Assembly: GCA_036675505.1 (NCBI GenBank)
Contig: JAKFEW010000160.1
Location: 177,273-241,272 of the forward strand
Direction: 5' to 3'
DNA: 64,000 nt
Source: Candidatus Sericytochromatia bacterium
GTDB taxonomy: Bacteria > Cyanobacteriota > Sericytochromatia > S15B-MN24 > JAQBPE01
Below, piece after piece: positions 8,347 through 17,503 of the stretch (position 1 is the first letter of the stretch; the number at the start of each line of letters is the position of its first letter). The notes under the pieces were generated by a model. That model was given only the letters and a program-made list of their open reading frames with translations. It was not told the DNA's origin and made no database searches. The position numbers were made by a program, and so were the translations under genes.

Positions 8347-9000
8347 TTACATCGGGGTGACGGTCAACCGGTTGTCCACGTTCCGGACGCCCCAGACGTA
8401 ATAGGTGTCGTGCTCGGCGGCCATACGCTCCTCCTCGCTGCCCACCGTGCCGACCAGCGTGACGGTGCCTTCCTGCACCTTCACGCCGACCCGCCCGGGA
8501 TCGACGAGCACGTCCTTGTCGAAGACATGGCGGATCGAATCCGCCAGATCGCCGTCGTCGCCGTATTGCTCAGGGTCGACCACGATCTGGTTGTCGACGT
8601 CGGCCACGCCCGGCACCCACCAGGCCAGGACGCCCGCGAGGCGCTTCTCTTCGAGGTTGTCGGTGAGGCCGGTAAGGGTGACGACGCCCTCCACGGCCTG
8701 CGCGTCGAACCGGCGCCGGTTGAGCGCGAGGTCCTGGGCGAACGCGTCGCAGACGTGCTGGGTGATCTGGCGGTCGGTCAGCTCGTTCGCGGTGGGCAGC
8801 CGGAGCTTGTCGCGCACCTCGCCGACCTCGCGCAGCTGCCTGACCAGGTTGACCGCCAGGCGCTTCTCAGCCAGCGCAGGGACTTCGCCGAGCAAATCCA
8901 CGCGGCCTTCCTCGACCGCCACCCGGATGTTGCGGCCGCGCAGGCGTACCTCGCCATGCAGCACGGTTTCGACCGCTTGCTTGAGCTCGCTGTCCGTCAT
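8347..9000 (-). CDS. BON domain-containing protein (OsmY-like, three BON repeats)
   Basis: Three repeats of the pattern hydrophobic-VTLxGxV...E...A with VxGVxxVxNxL (e.g. VEEGRVDLLGEVPALAEKRLAVNLVRQLREVGEVRDKL; EGVVTLTGLTDN...; EGTVTLVGTVGSEEE...VWGVRNVDNRLTV). Confidence 0.8.
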   Translation of the reverse strand: MTDSELKQAVETVLHGEVRLRGRNIRVAVEEGRVDLLGEVPALAEKRLAVNLVRQLREVGEVRDKLRLPTANELTDRQITQHVCDAFAQDLALNRRRFDAQAVEGVVTLTGLTDNLEEKRLAGVLAWWVPGVADVDNQIVVDPEQYGDDGDLADSIRHVFDKDVLVDPGRVGVKVQEGTVTLVGTVGSEEERMAAEHDTYYVWGVRNVDNRLTVTPM

Positions 9001-9127
9001 CCTCCCAGCCTCCTTACCGACGCGGGGTCGCTTTCGGACCCCTAGCGTAAGTTAGCACCGGGGGATTAGCCGGCTCAACCGGCGGTCCCTCGGTGCTGGC
9101 GGGAGGAAAGCTGCGAGAAGCTACGGC

Positions 9128-9874
9128 TCAGAGGATCTCGACACGAACGCCGAGCGTGCCACCGTAACCGGGGCCCGCCGGCGAGGCGGTCGGCGCCGGC
9201 GTGGGCGACGGCGACGCTTCGGGCTCGCCGGCCGCGCCGGACTGACCGCCGGCGTTCGTGGAAGGCTTGGGGGTCGGCGTGGGGGTGTCGATGCCGAGGT
9301 CGATGGTCAGGTCCGTCATCGCGTTCGCCTCGACGATCGCCTCGGTCGAGGCGATGCCCATCGGCGCGCCGGTGGTGCTCAGCGCCTTCACGCGGATCGT
9401 GTAGCGGCCGGCGGGCACGTCGGACTGCTCCCAGTGGGCCTCGGGGCCGGTGAGCTGCAGCGGGATCTCGGCGGACTGCGTGGCGTCGACCTGGCTGAAC
9501 ACGTTGAGCACGAGCGAGCCGATCGGGTCGGCGCCCCAGGTGCGGATCACGAGGCGCAGCGCGCCGTTCGCCTCCGCGGCGGGCTTGCTGGCGCCGGGCT
9601 TCGCGGGGGCCTGGCTGGTCGGGGCCGCCTGGGTCGGGGCGGCGCCGGGCTTGCTGCTCACGCCGGGGGCCTTGGCCGCGGCGCCGGTGCGGCTGGGCGC
9701 AGACAGGCTCGCGGCGCCGCGGGCGGCGGGCTGGGCGACGGTCTTCGCGCCCTTGAGGCCGGCGCGCTGCTTCATGGTGCGCTCCCCCTCGGGAGCGGCG
9801 GCGGGGTTCTTGCCACAGCCGCTCAGCGCGACTGCCGCGAGGATGGCCACCGTGATCTTCTGCCAGGTCCGCAT
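9128..9874 (-). CDS. hypothetical lipoprotein (tandem paralog A)
   Basis: Start MRTWQKITVAILAAVALSGCG (lipobox LSGC) with RBS GGTGAGGA 7 nt upstream. Pro/Ala/Thr-rich linker then a beta-rich domain ending GVRVEIL. The track's longer ORF N-terminus is Arg-rich read-through and was rejected. Confidence 0.7.
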   Translation of the reverse strand: MRTWQKITVAILAAVALSGCGKNPAAAPEGERTMKQRAGLKGAKTVAQPAARGAASLSAPSRTGAAAKAPGVSSKPGAAPTQAAPTSQAPAKPGASKPAAEANGALRLVIRTWGADPIGSLVLNVFSQVDATQSAEIPLQLTGPEAHWEQSDVPAGRYTIRVKALSTTGAPMGIASTEAIVEANAMTDLTIDLGIDTPTPTPKPSTNAGGQSGAAGEPEASPSPTPAPTASPAGPGYGGTLGVRVEIL

Positions 9875-9900
9875 CGTTTTGATCCTCACCTTCGGGCGCC

Positions 9901-10491
9901 CTAGCCGTCGACGATTTCGAGGTTGACGCCGATGCCCGTGCCGCCGGCCGGGGCGGCCGCGGTGGTGGCGGTCAGCTTGAGCTGCGCGTCCACCGGGGTG
10001 GTCTGGCCGTCGATGACTTCGGCGTTGGCCGTGGTGGTGCTGGCGAGCGACGCGCCGGCCGCGTCGAGCGCGGCGATGTCGAGCCAGTAAGTGCCGGCCT
10101 TGAGGCCTGTGAAGTTCACGGCCGCGCGGCCGTTCAGCATCTGCGCCTGGGTGACCTCGGCGGTCGCCACGGTCTTGGTGAGCAGGAAGCTGCGGGTCTT
10201 GAGGGCGACGGTGATCTTCGCGACGTCGGCGACCGTGGCCTTGAGGCTGTAGCCCTTGTTCGGGAGGACGAACTCCATCGTGATGGCGCCGGTGCCGGCG
10301 TCTTCGGCAGGGGCCGCGATCTGCAGCGCGGCGTGCTGCTTGATGACCTTGAGGGCCGGGGCGGCGGCGGCCGGGCGGGCCGCGGGCTTCGCGGCGGCCT
10401 TGGGGGCGGTCGCGGTGGGCGCGCCGCTCTGGGTGCAACCGGTCAGGACGGCGATCGCGGCGATCAGGGAGATGACGTGCTGCCGTTCCAT
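9901..10491 (-). CDS. hypothetical lipoprotein (tandem paralog B)
   Basis: MERQHVISLIAAIAVLTGCTQ lipoprotein signal, Ala/Pro linker, and a C-terminal beta-rich domain ending GVNLEIVDG (compare GVRVEIL in the neighbour). Confidence 0.7.
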   Translation of the reverse strand: MERQHVISLIAAIAVLTGCTQSGAPTATAPKAAAKPAARPAAAAPALKVIKQHAALQIAAPAEDAGTGAITMEFVLPNKGYSLKATVADVAKITVALKTRSFLLTKTVATAEVTQAQMLNGRAAVNFTGLKAGTYWLDIAALDAAGASLASTTTANAEVIDGQTTPVDAQLKLTATTAAAPAGGTGIGVNLEIVDG

Positions 10492-10611
10492 CGGGGATCC
10501 TCCACAAGCGTGCCATTCGGGTGGCTGCTTTTCTTATGGCGGGAGCCCCGCGGTTCAATTCGGGTTTTAACCGAAATATGAACCGGCTATAACTAACACC
10601 CTCTTAACGAG

Positions 10612-12462
10612 TTACATCCCCCACTGCAGCCACAGCCGGCGCACCTTGGCGGCCCGGCTGTCGCAGAACAGCAAGTTGCCGTCAGCCTCGAGCGTCAGCT
10701 CGTGCGGCTCGCTGAACGCCAGCGATCGCGCCTCACCATCGCCCGTGTACGTGCCGCCGCCCGCGATCGTGCGGATCGTCCCGTCCTTGAGCACGATCCG
10801 GATCCGCCGCGAGCCGCGCTCCGCGATGAACACGCGCCCATTCTTGTCCACCGTCACGCCGTACGGGCTGCTGAGCTGCGCCGAAACCGCCGGCCCGCCG
10901 TCGCCGTTGGTGCCCTCGGAACCATCCCCGGCCACCGTCGTGACGACCTCGGTCCGCGCGTCGTACTTGCGCACCCGGTGGTTGCGCGCGTCGGCGAAGA
11001 AAACGTTGTCCTGGCTATCGACGGCCACCTGGTTCACGTAGTTGATCTCGGTCTCGCGGCCCTTGCGGTTGTCGCCGTTGTAGCCGTGCTTGCCGTCCAC
11101 GCCCACCAGCGACGTGACGACCCCATCCCGATCCATGCGGCGAATGTGGTGCCAGGAGCCGCCGTCGTTGTCCCAGGTGTCGGCGAAGACGACGCCGCCG
11201 CGCGAGTCGAGCGCGAAGCCGCGCAGGCCGGCGAACTTGGCCTGCATGGCGGGCCCGCCGTCGCCTGCGAAGTCGTTGAGGAACGATCCGTTGGCCTGGG
11301 CCGGCGCGCCCGCGACGGTGGTGATCGTGCCGCTGACCAAGTTGACGCGGCGGATGCGCATGTTGAGCGTGTCGCCCACGTAGAGCTGGCCCCCCGCACC
11401 GATCGCGAGGCAGCGCGGCCACCAGAGGCCGGCGTCCTTGCCCGCGCCGCCGTCGCCGCTGAACTGCGGCACGCCCTTGCCGGCGAGCGTCGTGATCACG
11501 CCTTCGGAGTCGACCTTGCGGACCATGTGGTTGCCCTCGTCCGCGATGTAAAGGTTGCCGTCGGCGTCCTTCACGACGCTCTTGGGCTTGTAGAGCTGCG
11601 CGTCTTTCGCGGCCTTGCCGTTGCCGCCCAGCCCGCTCTCACCGTTGCCGGCCACCGTCGTCACGGCGAGCACGCGCGCGCCGAGCACGTCGGCCCACGC
11701 GTCGCCGAGCTTCTGCTTGTTGAGGCCCACCGCGAGGGCGTAGGCCTGGTTCATCTCGCCGATCTTGCCGATCGCGAGGTCCGGCACCGGCAGGTCGCCC
11801 TGGGCGAGCGCCGTCTCCGTGAGCTGTGTGAGCTTCGACAGGCCCGCGAGTTCGTAGTCCGCCATCGTCTTGCCGAGCCGCGCCGCGCGGTCGCGCAGGA
11901 ACTCCGTGACGTAGGTGGTGGCGAGGCTGACGTCCACGACGTTCTTGCCGCCCTTCGAGACCGTGAAGCCCACCTCGCGCCGGTTGTCGGCGAGGATCAC
12001 GTTCACGATCACCACCTCGCCGGTGGGCACGCCGCCCGGGAAGTCGTAGCGGCCCTTGTCGTCGGTGGTGGCGGTGAGCGGCTGGCCGTCGAACGCGTAG
12101 AACCGTTCGTCGGGGTCGGTGAGGTAGACGATCGCGTTGGCGATCGGCTTCTGGCTCACGGCAAGCGTGGCGTAGCGCGTCGAGTTGTTCGCCACGATGC
12201 TCGCGCCGTTGTGGCCGATGATGCGCCCGCTGTTGTTGGCGACGATGTTCGCGCCCACCACGCCGGCGGGGCCGATCGCCTGGCCGAGCACGCGGGCGGC
12301 GCCTGTGGCCTCGCGCAGCTTCGCGCGCTCGCGCTCGACCATGGCGGTGCGGTCGACGGAGGCGATGGACGTGGTGAAGACGTCCTTCGCGCTGCACGCC
12401 GCGAGGGCGGTCGAGAGCACGGACGCGGCGGCGACGAAAAGTAGGGGGCAGCGGACGGACAT
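10612..12462 (-). CDS. NHL-repeat (six-bladed beta-propeller) lipoprotein
   Basis: Start MSVRCPLLFVAAASVLSTALAAC. Repeated NHL-like blades (GNLYIADEGNHMVRKV; NVFFADARNHRVRKYD; RVFIAERGSRRIRIV). About 55% identical over long stretches to the 13513-15429 product. Confidence 0.8.
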   Translation of the reverse strand: MSVRCPLLFVAAASVLSTALAACSAKDVFTTSIASVDRTAMVERERAKLREATGAARVLGQAIGPAGVVGANIVANNSGRIIGHNGASIVANNSTRYATLAVSQKPIANAIVYLTDPDERFYAFDGQPLTATTDDKGRYDFPGGVPTGEVVIVNVILADNRREVGFTVSKGGKNVVDVSLATTYVTEFLRDRAARLGKTMADYELAGLSKLTQLTETALAQGDLPVPDLAIGKIGEMNQAYALAVGLNKQKLGDAWADVLGARVLAVTTVAGNGESGLGGNGKAAKDAQLYKPKSVVKDADGNLYIADEGNHMVRKVDSEGVITTLAGKGVPQFSGDGGAGKDAGLWWPRCLAIGAGGQLYVGDTLNMRIRRVNLVSGTITTVAGAPAQANGSFLNDFAGDGGPAMQAKFAGLRGFALDSRGGVVFADTWDNDGGSWHHIRRMDRDGVVTSLVGVDGKHGYNGDNRKGRETEINYVNQVAVDSQDNVFFADARNHRVRKYDARTEVVTTVAGDGSEGTNGDGGPAVSAQLSSPYGVTVDKNGRVFIAERGSRRIRIVLKDGTIRTIAGGGTYTGDGEARSLAFSEPHELTLEADGNLLFCDSRAAKVRRLWLQWGM

Positions 12463-12592
12463 GCCTTCCTTATACCACCGGCCACGGCGCGCCTTGTGTG
12501 ACGCCCATGCCGAGGAAGTATCGAACTCGCTTGATGTCGAAACGACCATTTCAGAATAACATCACAAAGCTCCGCCGCGAAAGGAGTCCGAG

Positions 12593-13450
12593 ATGAGATA
12601 CGTTCACGCCGGGTGGATGGTAACCGTCGGCCTCGTCATCGGCGGGTGTAGCCGCCCGCTTGCGGCGCCCGGACCGGTCGCCGCGACGACGCGCCTGGCA
12701 CCTGGGTCCGTGGTCGCCCCTGCCTTCCGTGTCCAGGCCGCCGGGGCCTGCCAGGGCTGCGTCGCGGCCGGCAGTGGCGGGTTCAATAACCCGTTCCTGG
12801 GGATCACGGGAACCCATATCTTCGAGGTCGCGGGAACCGATGGAGGCAGCGACGGCAACGGAACCATCATCGTGGGCTTCCGAACCGCGCCCGAAAACCC
12901 GCAACAGCTGTTTGCCGGCGACGTCAGGGATGTCACGTGCGAGGAATTCGTCGGAAGCAAGGGCGAGGTGCGCGAGCAGGTCAGCGCGACGGGGATCGGG
13001 ATCCTGGACAACGTCCGAGGGACGTTCAGCTTTGTCGTCTCGAACCCCAGCCCGTTCGGACCAGCCCCGCTCATGGCTATACGATTCACGCCACCAGCCG
13101 CCGACTTCGTGACAATCCTCGATACCCAGCGCGGCGACGCCGTGACTTTCGACAGCCTCAAAGTCGCAGCCGAGGTCTGCAACCCGGCCGCCGGGCTTGC
13201 AACGCAGACCCTCATCAGGGTGATCGCGTTCACGCCGACCTTGAACTCCGCCCAACGGAAGACACTGGTCACCCAAGTCGAGAGCATCGCTACCGCCATC
13301 GAAGCCGACGACGTCACCTCCGCCAATGCGCGGATTCGGAGCTTCATCACGCAGGTCGAAGGGCTGATGCGGCGAAACGTGGTGACGGTGGCGGAAGGCG
13401 AGAGGTTGATTGCGCTCGCCAATGACATCCTCGTCGCCTTAAGCCCCTAG
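12593..13450 (+). CDS. hypothetical lipoprotein
   Basis: MRYVHAGWMVTVGLVIGGCS lipobox, 285 aa. Slightly lower GC3 than its neighbours. Predicted helical C-terminal region (SFITQVEGLMRRNVVTVAEGERLIALANDILVAL). Confidence 0.55.
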   Translation: MRYVHAGWMVTVGLVIGGCSRPLAAPGPVAATTRLAPGSVVAPAFRVQAAGACQGCVAAGSGGFNNPFLGITGTHIFEVAGTDGGSDGNGTIIVGFRTAPENPQQLFAGDVRDVTCEEFVGSKGEVREQVSATGIGILDNVRGTFSFVVSNPSPFGPAPLMAIRFTPPAADFVTILDTQRGDAVTFDSLKVAAEVCNPAAGLATQTLIRVIAFTPTLNSAQRKTLVTQVESIATAIEADDVTSANARIRSFITQVEGLMRRNVVTVAEGERLIALANDILVALSP

Positions 13451-13512
13451 GCTCGAGTAAGGCTGGGGCTGCTCTAGCGTTTTCGAGTTTGGAGGGAGAG
13501 GGGAAGGGTGCC

Positions 13513-15429
13513 TTAGAAGCCCCACCTGAGCCACAGCCTCCGGACCTTGGCGCCCCGGCTGTCGGCCACCAGCAAGTTCCCGTCCGGCTCGCGCAGCAGC
13601 TCGATCGGCTCGTTCAGCGCCATCGCCCGCGCCTCGCCGTCGGTCGTCTTGTCGCCGCCGCCCGCCAGCGTGCGGATCTTCCCGTCCGGCCCCACCGCGC
13701 GGATGCGGCGCGCGCCGCGCTCGGCGATGAAGAGGGTCGGCGGCGTGGTCGACGGGTCGAGCTGGAGGCCGTAGGGGCTGCTCAGCTCCGCGGCCGTGGC
13801 CGGCCCGCCGTCGCCGGCCTTGCCGTCCTTGCCGGTGCCGGCCACCGTCGAGACCAGGCCCGTGGCGGCGTCCCAGCGGCGGATCCGGTGGTTGCGGGCG
13901 TCGGCGAAGAACAGGTTGCCGGCCGCGTCCAGCACGAGCTGGTTCACGAAGTTGACCTGCGTCTCGCGCCCGGGCTTGCCGTCGCCGTTGAAGCCGTGCG
14001 CCCCGTCCACGCCGACGATCGTGTCGATCGCGCCGCCGGGCCGGATGCGCCGGATGTGGTGCCAGCTGTTGCCGCCGGTGTCCCAGCAATCCGCCACGAA
14101 GAGCGTGCCGTCCGGCGCGAAGGCCAGGCCCCGGAGGCCGGCGAAGCGGGCCTGCGCGGCCGGGCCGCCGTCGCCCGCGAAGTCGTTGATCGCCACGCCG
14201 TTCACGACGCTCGGCGCGCCCGCGAAGGGGCCGATCAGGCCGGTGGCCGGGTCGAGCGTCCGGAGGCGCTGGTTGACGGTGTCCGCGAGGTAGAGGCGGC
14301 CGTCGGGGCCGAAGGCCGCGGTGCGGGGCCAGTTCAGGGCGGCGTTGGTGGCGAGCCCGCCGTCGCCGTCGAACGCGGCCCGCTCCACCGTGCCGGCCCA
14401 GCGCACGACGGTGCCGTCCGGGGCCACGCGCCGCACGGTGTGGGCGCCCTCGTCGGCGACGTAGAGGTTGCCGGCCGCGTCGCGCGCGAGCCCGATCGGC
14501 TTCATCAGCTCCGCCTCGGTCGCCGGGCCGCCGTCGCCCGTGGCACCGAAGTTGCCCGTGCCCGCCACGGTGGTCATCGCGAGCACGCGCTCGCCGAGCA
14601 TGGTCGCCCAGGCGTCGCCGAGGCCGCGCAGGTTCTGGCCGACGGCGAGCGCGTAGGCGTGGTTCATGTCCGGGATCCGGGCGATCGAGAGGTCCGGCAC
14701 CGGCAGGCCGCCCGACCGCAGCACCTGGGCCGTCAGGTCGGTGAGCGGGCCCAGCTGGGCCAGATCGTAGTCGCCCATCTTCTTGCCGGCGAGAGCCGCG
14801 CGGGCGCGCAGGAACTCCGTCACGTAGGTGGAGGCGAGGCTCACGTCCACCTTGTTCTCGCCGGCCCTGGTGCGCACGAAGCCCACCTCGCGCCGGTTGT
14901 CGGCGAGGATCACGTTCACGATCGCGACCTGGTCCACCGCGATGCCGTCCGGCACCTGGTAGCCGCCACGGTCGTCGGTGGTGGCGGCGATCGGCTGGCC
15001 GTCCTTGGCGAAGAAGCGCTCCTCGGGATCCGTGAGGTAGACGAGCGCGTTGGCGACCGCCTCCTCCTTGTAGGTCGCCTGGGCGACCTTGTACGAGGGC
15101 TGCGCGGCCTCGCACGACGCCGCGGCCAGGCCATAGCGAGACGTATTGCTCGACACGATGCCCGCGCCGTTCTGCCCGATCACGGCCGCGCTGTTGTTCG
15201 AGACGATGTTGCCGCCCACGAGGCCGCTCGGCCCGGTCGCCGTGCCGCTGATGCGCGCGGCGCCCGTGGCCTCCCGCAGGCCCTTGCCGGCGGTCGGCAC
15301 GAACCGCTGAGAGCGCCGCACCTCGCGGTCCGCGTTCGGCGTGGCCGGCGGCGTCCCGGGCGCGGGGGCGCAGGCCGCGAGGAGCAGGGCGGCGAGGGCG
15401 AGCGAAGAGCGGCGGGCGCGAGGCGGCAT
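13513..15429 (-). CDS. NHL-repeat beta-propeller lipoprotein (paralog of 10612-12462)
   Basis: MPPRARRSSLALAALLLAACAP signal/lipobox. Shares long identical blocks with the upstream paralog (ALVYLTDPEERF, VNVILADNRREVGF, SWHHIRR, FFADARNHRIRR). Confidence 0.8.
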   Translation of the reverse strand: MPPRARRSSLALAALLLAACAPAPGTPPATPNADREVRRSQRFVPTAGKGLREATGAARISGTATGPSGLVGGNIVSNNSAAVIGQNGAGIVSSNTSRYGLAAASCEAAQPSYKVAQATYKEEAVANALVYLTDPEERFFAKDGQPIAATTDDRGGYQVPDGIAVDQVAIVNVILADNRREVGFVRTRAGENKVDVSLASTYVTEFLRARAALAGKKMGDYDLAQLGPLTDLTAQVLRSGGLPVPDLSIARIPDMNHAYALAVGQNLRGLGDAWATMLGERVLAMTTVAGTGNFGATGDGGPATEAELMKPIGLARDAAGNLYVADEGAHTVRRVAPDGTVVRWAGTVERAAFDGDGGLATNAALNWPRTAAFGPDGRLYLADTVNQRLRTLDPATGLIGPFAGAPSVVNGVAINDFAGDGGPAAQARFAGLRGLAFAPDGTLFVADCWDTGGNSWHHIRRIRPGGAIDTIVGVDGAHGFNGDGKPGRETQVNFVNQLVLDAAGNLFFADARNHRIRRWDAATGLVSTVAGTGKDGKAGDGGPATAAELSSPYGLQLDPSTTPPTLFIAERGARRIRAVGPDGKIRTLAGGGDKTTDGEARAMALNEPIELLREPDGNLLVADSRGAKVRRLWLRWGF

Positions 15430-15542
15430 CGGGGTTCCCCTTCTGGACGCTCATCATACCCGCCGGGACGGCGTTTCCGCCTCCACGTGGCCCGTGGACC
15501 GAGCTTCGTTTATAATGGGCGCCCCGCCCCCCAGGAACCTAC

Positions 15543-16592
15543 ATGAACCTCGACCCCATCGCCTCCCGCCCCCCCGCGGACCTCGCCGGCCTTCCCGGCC
15601 GCGAGGCGGTCGTCGAGCGGCTGTTGGACGCGCTGCGCGGCGAGCACGCGCTGATCGTCCAGCTCATGAGCCACGGTTACCGGCTGCGCGACGAGGATGC
15701 GCTGCACGTCATCGAGGGCATCTCGCGCCAGGACATGCGGCACTTCAAGTGGCTGGCCGAGACCGTCGTCCGCCTCGGCGGCACGCCGACGCTTGCGCGC
15801 GGCCCGGTGGCGCTCGAGCCCGCGGCGCCCCATGTGTGGCTCGCGGCGGACGTCGCGCTGATCGAGACGCGGATGGCGGCCTACAGCGAGTTGCTCGACA
15901 GCATCGACGGCCTGACCGGCGAAGAGCCTGCGCTGGAGGTGCGCCAGCTGATCGAGCGCATCCTGGGCGACAAGATCTACCACCGCGAGAAGGTCCTCGC
16001 GCTCGCCGCGGCCTGGGAAAGCCGCGAGCACCCGGAGCCCGCGCCCATAGTACATGACGAGGTTGACGACGCCACGCGCGGTTTCCTCGATTTCGCGATC
16101 GGCCACGAGTACGAGGTGATCCTCCAGTACCTCCACCATGCGTTCCTGCTCGAGGACCAGTGGGCCTCGCGCGTGCTCGAGGACGTCGCGATCGAGGAGA
16201 TGCGGCACCTCGGCTGGCTCACGGAGGCGCTCGTCGACCGCGGCGGCTGCCCGTATTGGGAGGCCCGGCGGCTCGAGCTGAACGACGACGCCGTGCGCAT
16301 GCTCGAGCTCGACCAGCAGCGCGAGATCGAGGTCGAGGCGGACTACGCCCAGATGACCGCCGCGATGGCGGATTCCGAGATCCGCCGCCTGTTCGATCGG
16401 ATCGGCGACCACGAGCGTTTCCATGCCGGCACACTCGGCCGCCTGATCACCCGCCTCAAGTCCACTTCAGTCGCTTCGCCCATCGACCTCACGAGCGAGA
16501 TCTCAGATCCCGCTTCGCACGGTACTTTGCCATCCCCGCCGAAATCCTGCCCCTACACCGTGGGCAGCCTTTTCGGCCAATCGCAATCCTGA
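15543..16592 (+). CDS. encapsulin cargo: tandem ferritin-like (rubrerythrin/Bfr-like diiron) protein with C-terminal targeting peptide
   Basis: Two internally repeated ferritin-like halves carrying Glu/His metal-ligand motifs (GEHALIVQLMSH...VIEGISRQDMRHFKWLAE // EYEVILQYLHH...VAIEEMRHLGWLTE...DHERFHAG). C-terminus ...CPYTVGSLFGQSQS matches the TVGSL-type encapsulin targeting peptide. Located directly upstream of the shell gene. Confidence 0.7.
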   Translation: MNLDPIASRPPADLAGLPGREAVVERLLDALRGEHALIVQLMSHGYRLRDEDALHVIEGISRQDMRHFKWLAETVVRLGGTPTLARGPVALEPAAPHVWLAADVALIETRMAAYSELLDSIDGLTGEEPALEVRQLIERILGDKIYHREKVLALAAAWESREHPEPAPIVHDEVDDATRGFLDFAIGHEYEVILQYLHHAFLLEDQWASRVLEDVAIEEMRHLGWLTEALVDRGGCPYWEARRLELNDDAVRMLELDQQREIEVEADYAQMTAAMADSEIRRLFDRIGDHERFHAGTLGRLITRLKSTSVASPIDLTSEISDPASHGTLPSPPKSCPYTVGSLFGQSQS

Positions 16593-16624
16593 ATCCCGCG
16601 TAGACCCGCCACCAGGAGGACCCC

Positions 16625-17485
16625 ATGTACGACTTCCTCGACCGCAGCAACGCCCCCCTTCGCGAAGAGGAGTGGCGCCAGATCGACACCCTGGTGGTGG
16701 AGGTGGCGCGCCGCCAGCTGGTCGGGCGCCGCTTCATCCCGGTCTTCGGCCCGCTGGGTGCCGGCACCCAGGACGTCGACTACGACGTCTTCACCGGCAC
16801 CGATGCGGCCGTCGTCAGCACGCTGGGCGAGTCCACCGATCCGGTCCGCGCGAAGCGGCGCGTGCACGAGCACATGCCGTTGGTGTTCAAGGATTTCATG
16901 CTCTACTGGCGCGACCTCGAGTCGAACCGCCTGATGGGCACGCCGGTCGACCTCGGCGCGGCGGCCGCGGCGGCTTCCTTCTGCGCGCAGAAAGAAGACG
17001 ACCTGATCTTCAACGGCCACGAAGATCTCGGCTACCCCGGCCTCACCACCGTCGAAGGCCGTCAGATCCTCCAGGCCAGCGACTGGGACGTGGCCGGCAA
17101 TGCGTTCAACGACATCGTCGCGTCCACCCGCATGCTGATCAACGAGGGCTTCTTCGGGCCCTTCGCCCTGGTCGTGAGCCCCAAGGCCTTCAGCCAGATG
17201 CAGCGCGTTTACGCGAACTCCGGCGTGCTCGAAATCAACCACGTGCGCGAGATCGCGACGGGCGGCGTCTATCAATCCCCGCTGCTGCGCGACAAGCTCG
17301 GCTTCGTGGTGTCGATGGGCATCCAGAACTTCGACATCGCGATCGGCCAGGACCTCATCACGGCTTACCTCGGCCCCGAGAAGATGAACCACCCCTTCCG
17401 CGTGATGGAGAGCCTGGTGCTCCGCATCAAGCGCCCCGGCGCGATCGTCTCGCTCGAGCAGCCCGTCGCCACGCGCAAGCGCTAG
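16625..17485 (+). CDS. family 1 encapsulin nanocompartment shell protein (Linocin M18 / HK97-fold)
   Basis: N-terminus MYDFLDRSNAPLREEEWRQIDTLVVEVARRQLVGRRFIPVFGPLGAGTQDV is the canonical family-1 encapsulin signature. 286 aa, typical size. RBS AGGAGGA upstream. Confidence 0.85.
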   Translation: MYDFLDRSNAPLREEEWRQIDTLVVEVARRQLVGRRFIPVFGPLGAGTQDVDYDVFTGTDAAVVSTLGESTDPVRAKRRVHEHMPLVFKDFMLYWRDLESNRLMGTPVDLGAAAAAASFCAQKEDDLIFNGHEDLGYPGLTTVEGRQILQASDWDVAGNAFNDIVASTRMLINEGFFGPFALVVSPKAFSQMQRVYANSGVLEINHVREIATGGVYQSPLLRDKLGFVVSMGIQNFDIAIGQDLITAYLGPEKMNHPFRVMESLVLRIKRPGAIVSLEQPVATRKR

Positions 17486-17503
17486 GCGCCGGAGGCGGTC
17501 GGC

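Noticed and set aside
9128-10558. 476-aa version of the lipoprotein ORF
   Set aside because: The upstream 228 codons are Arg/His/Pro-rich read-through across the neighbouring paralog in a different frame. A proper start with RBS exists at 9874 (MRTWQK...).
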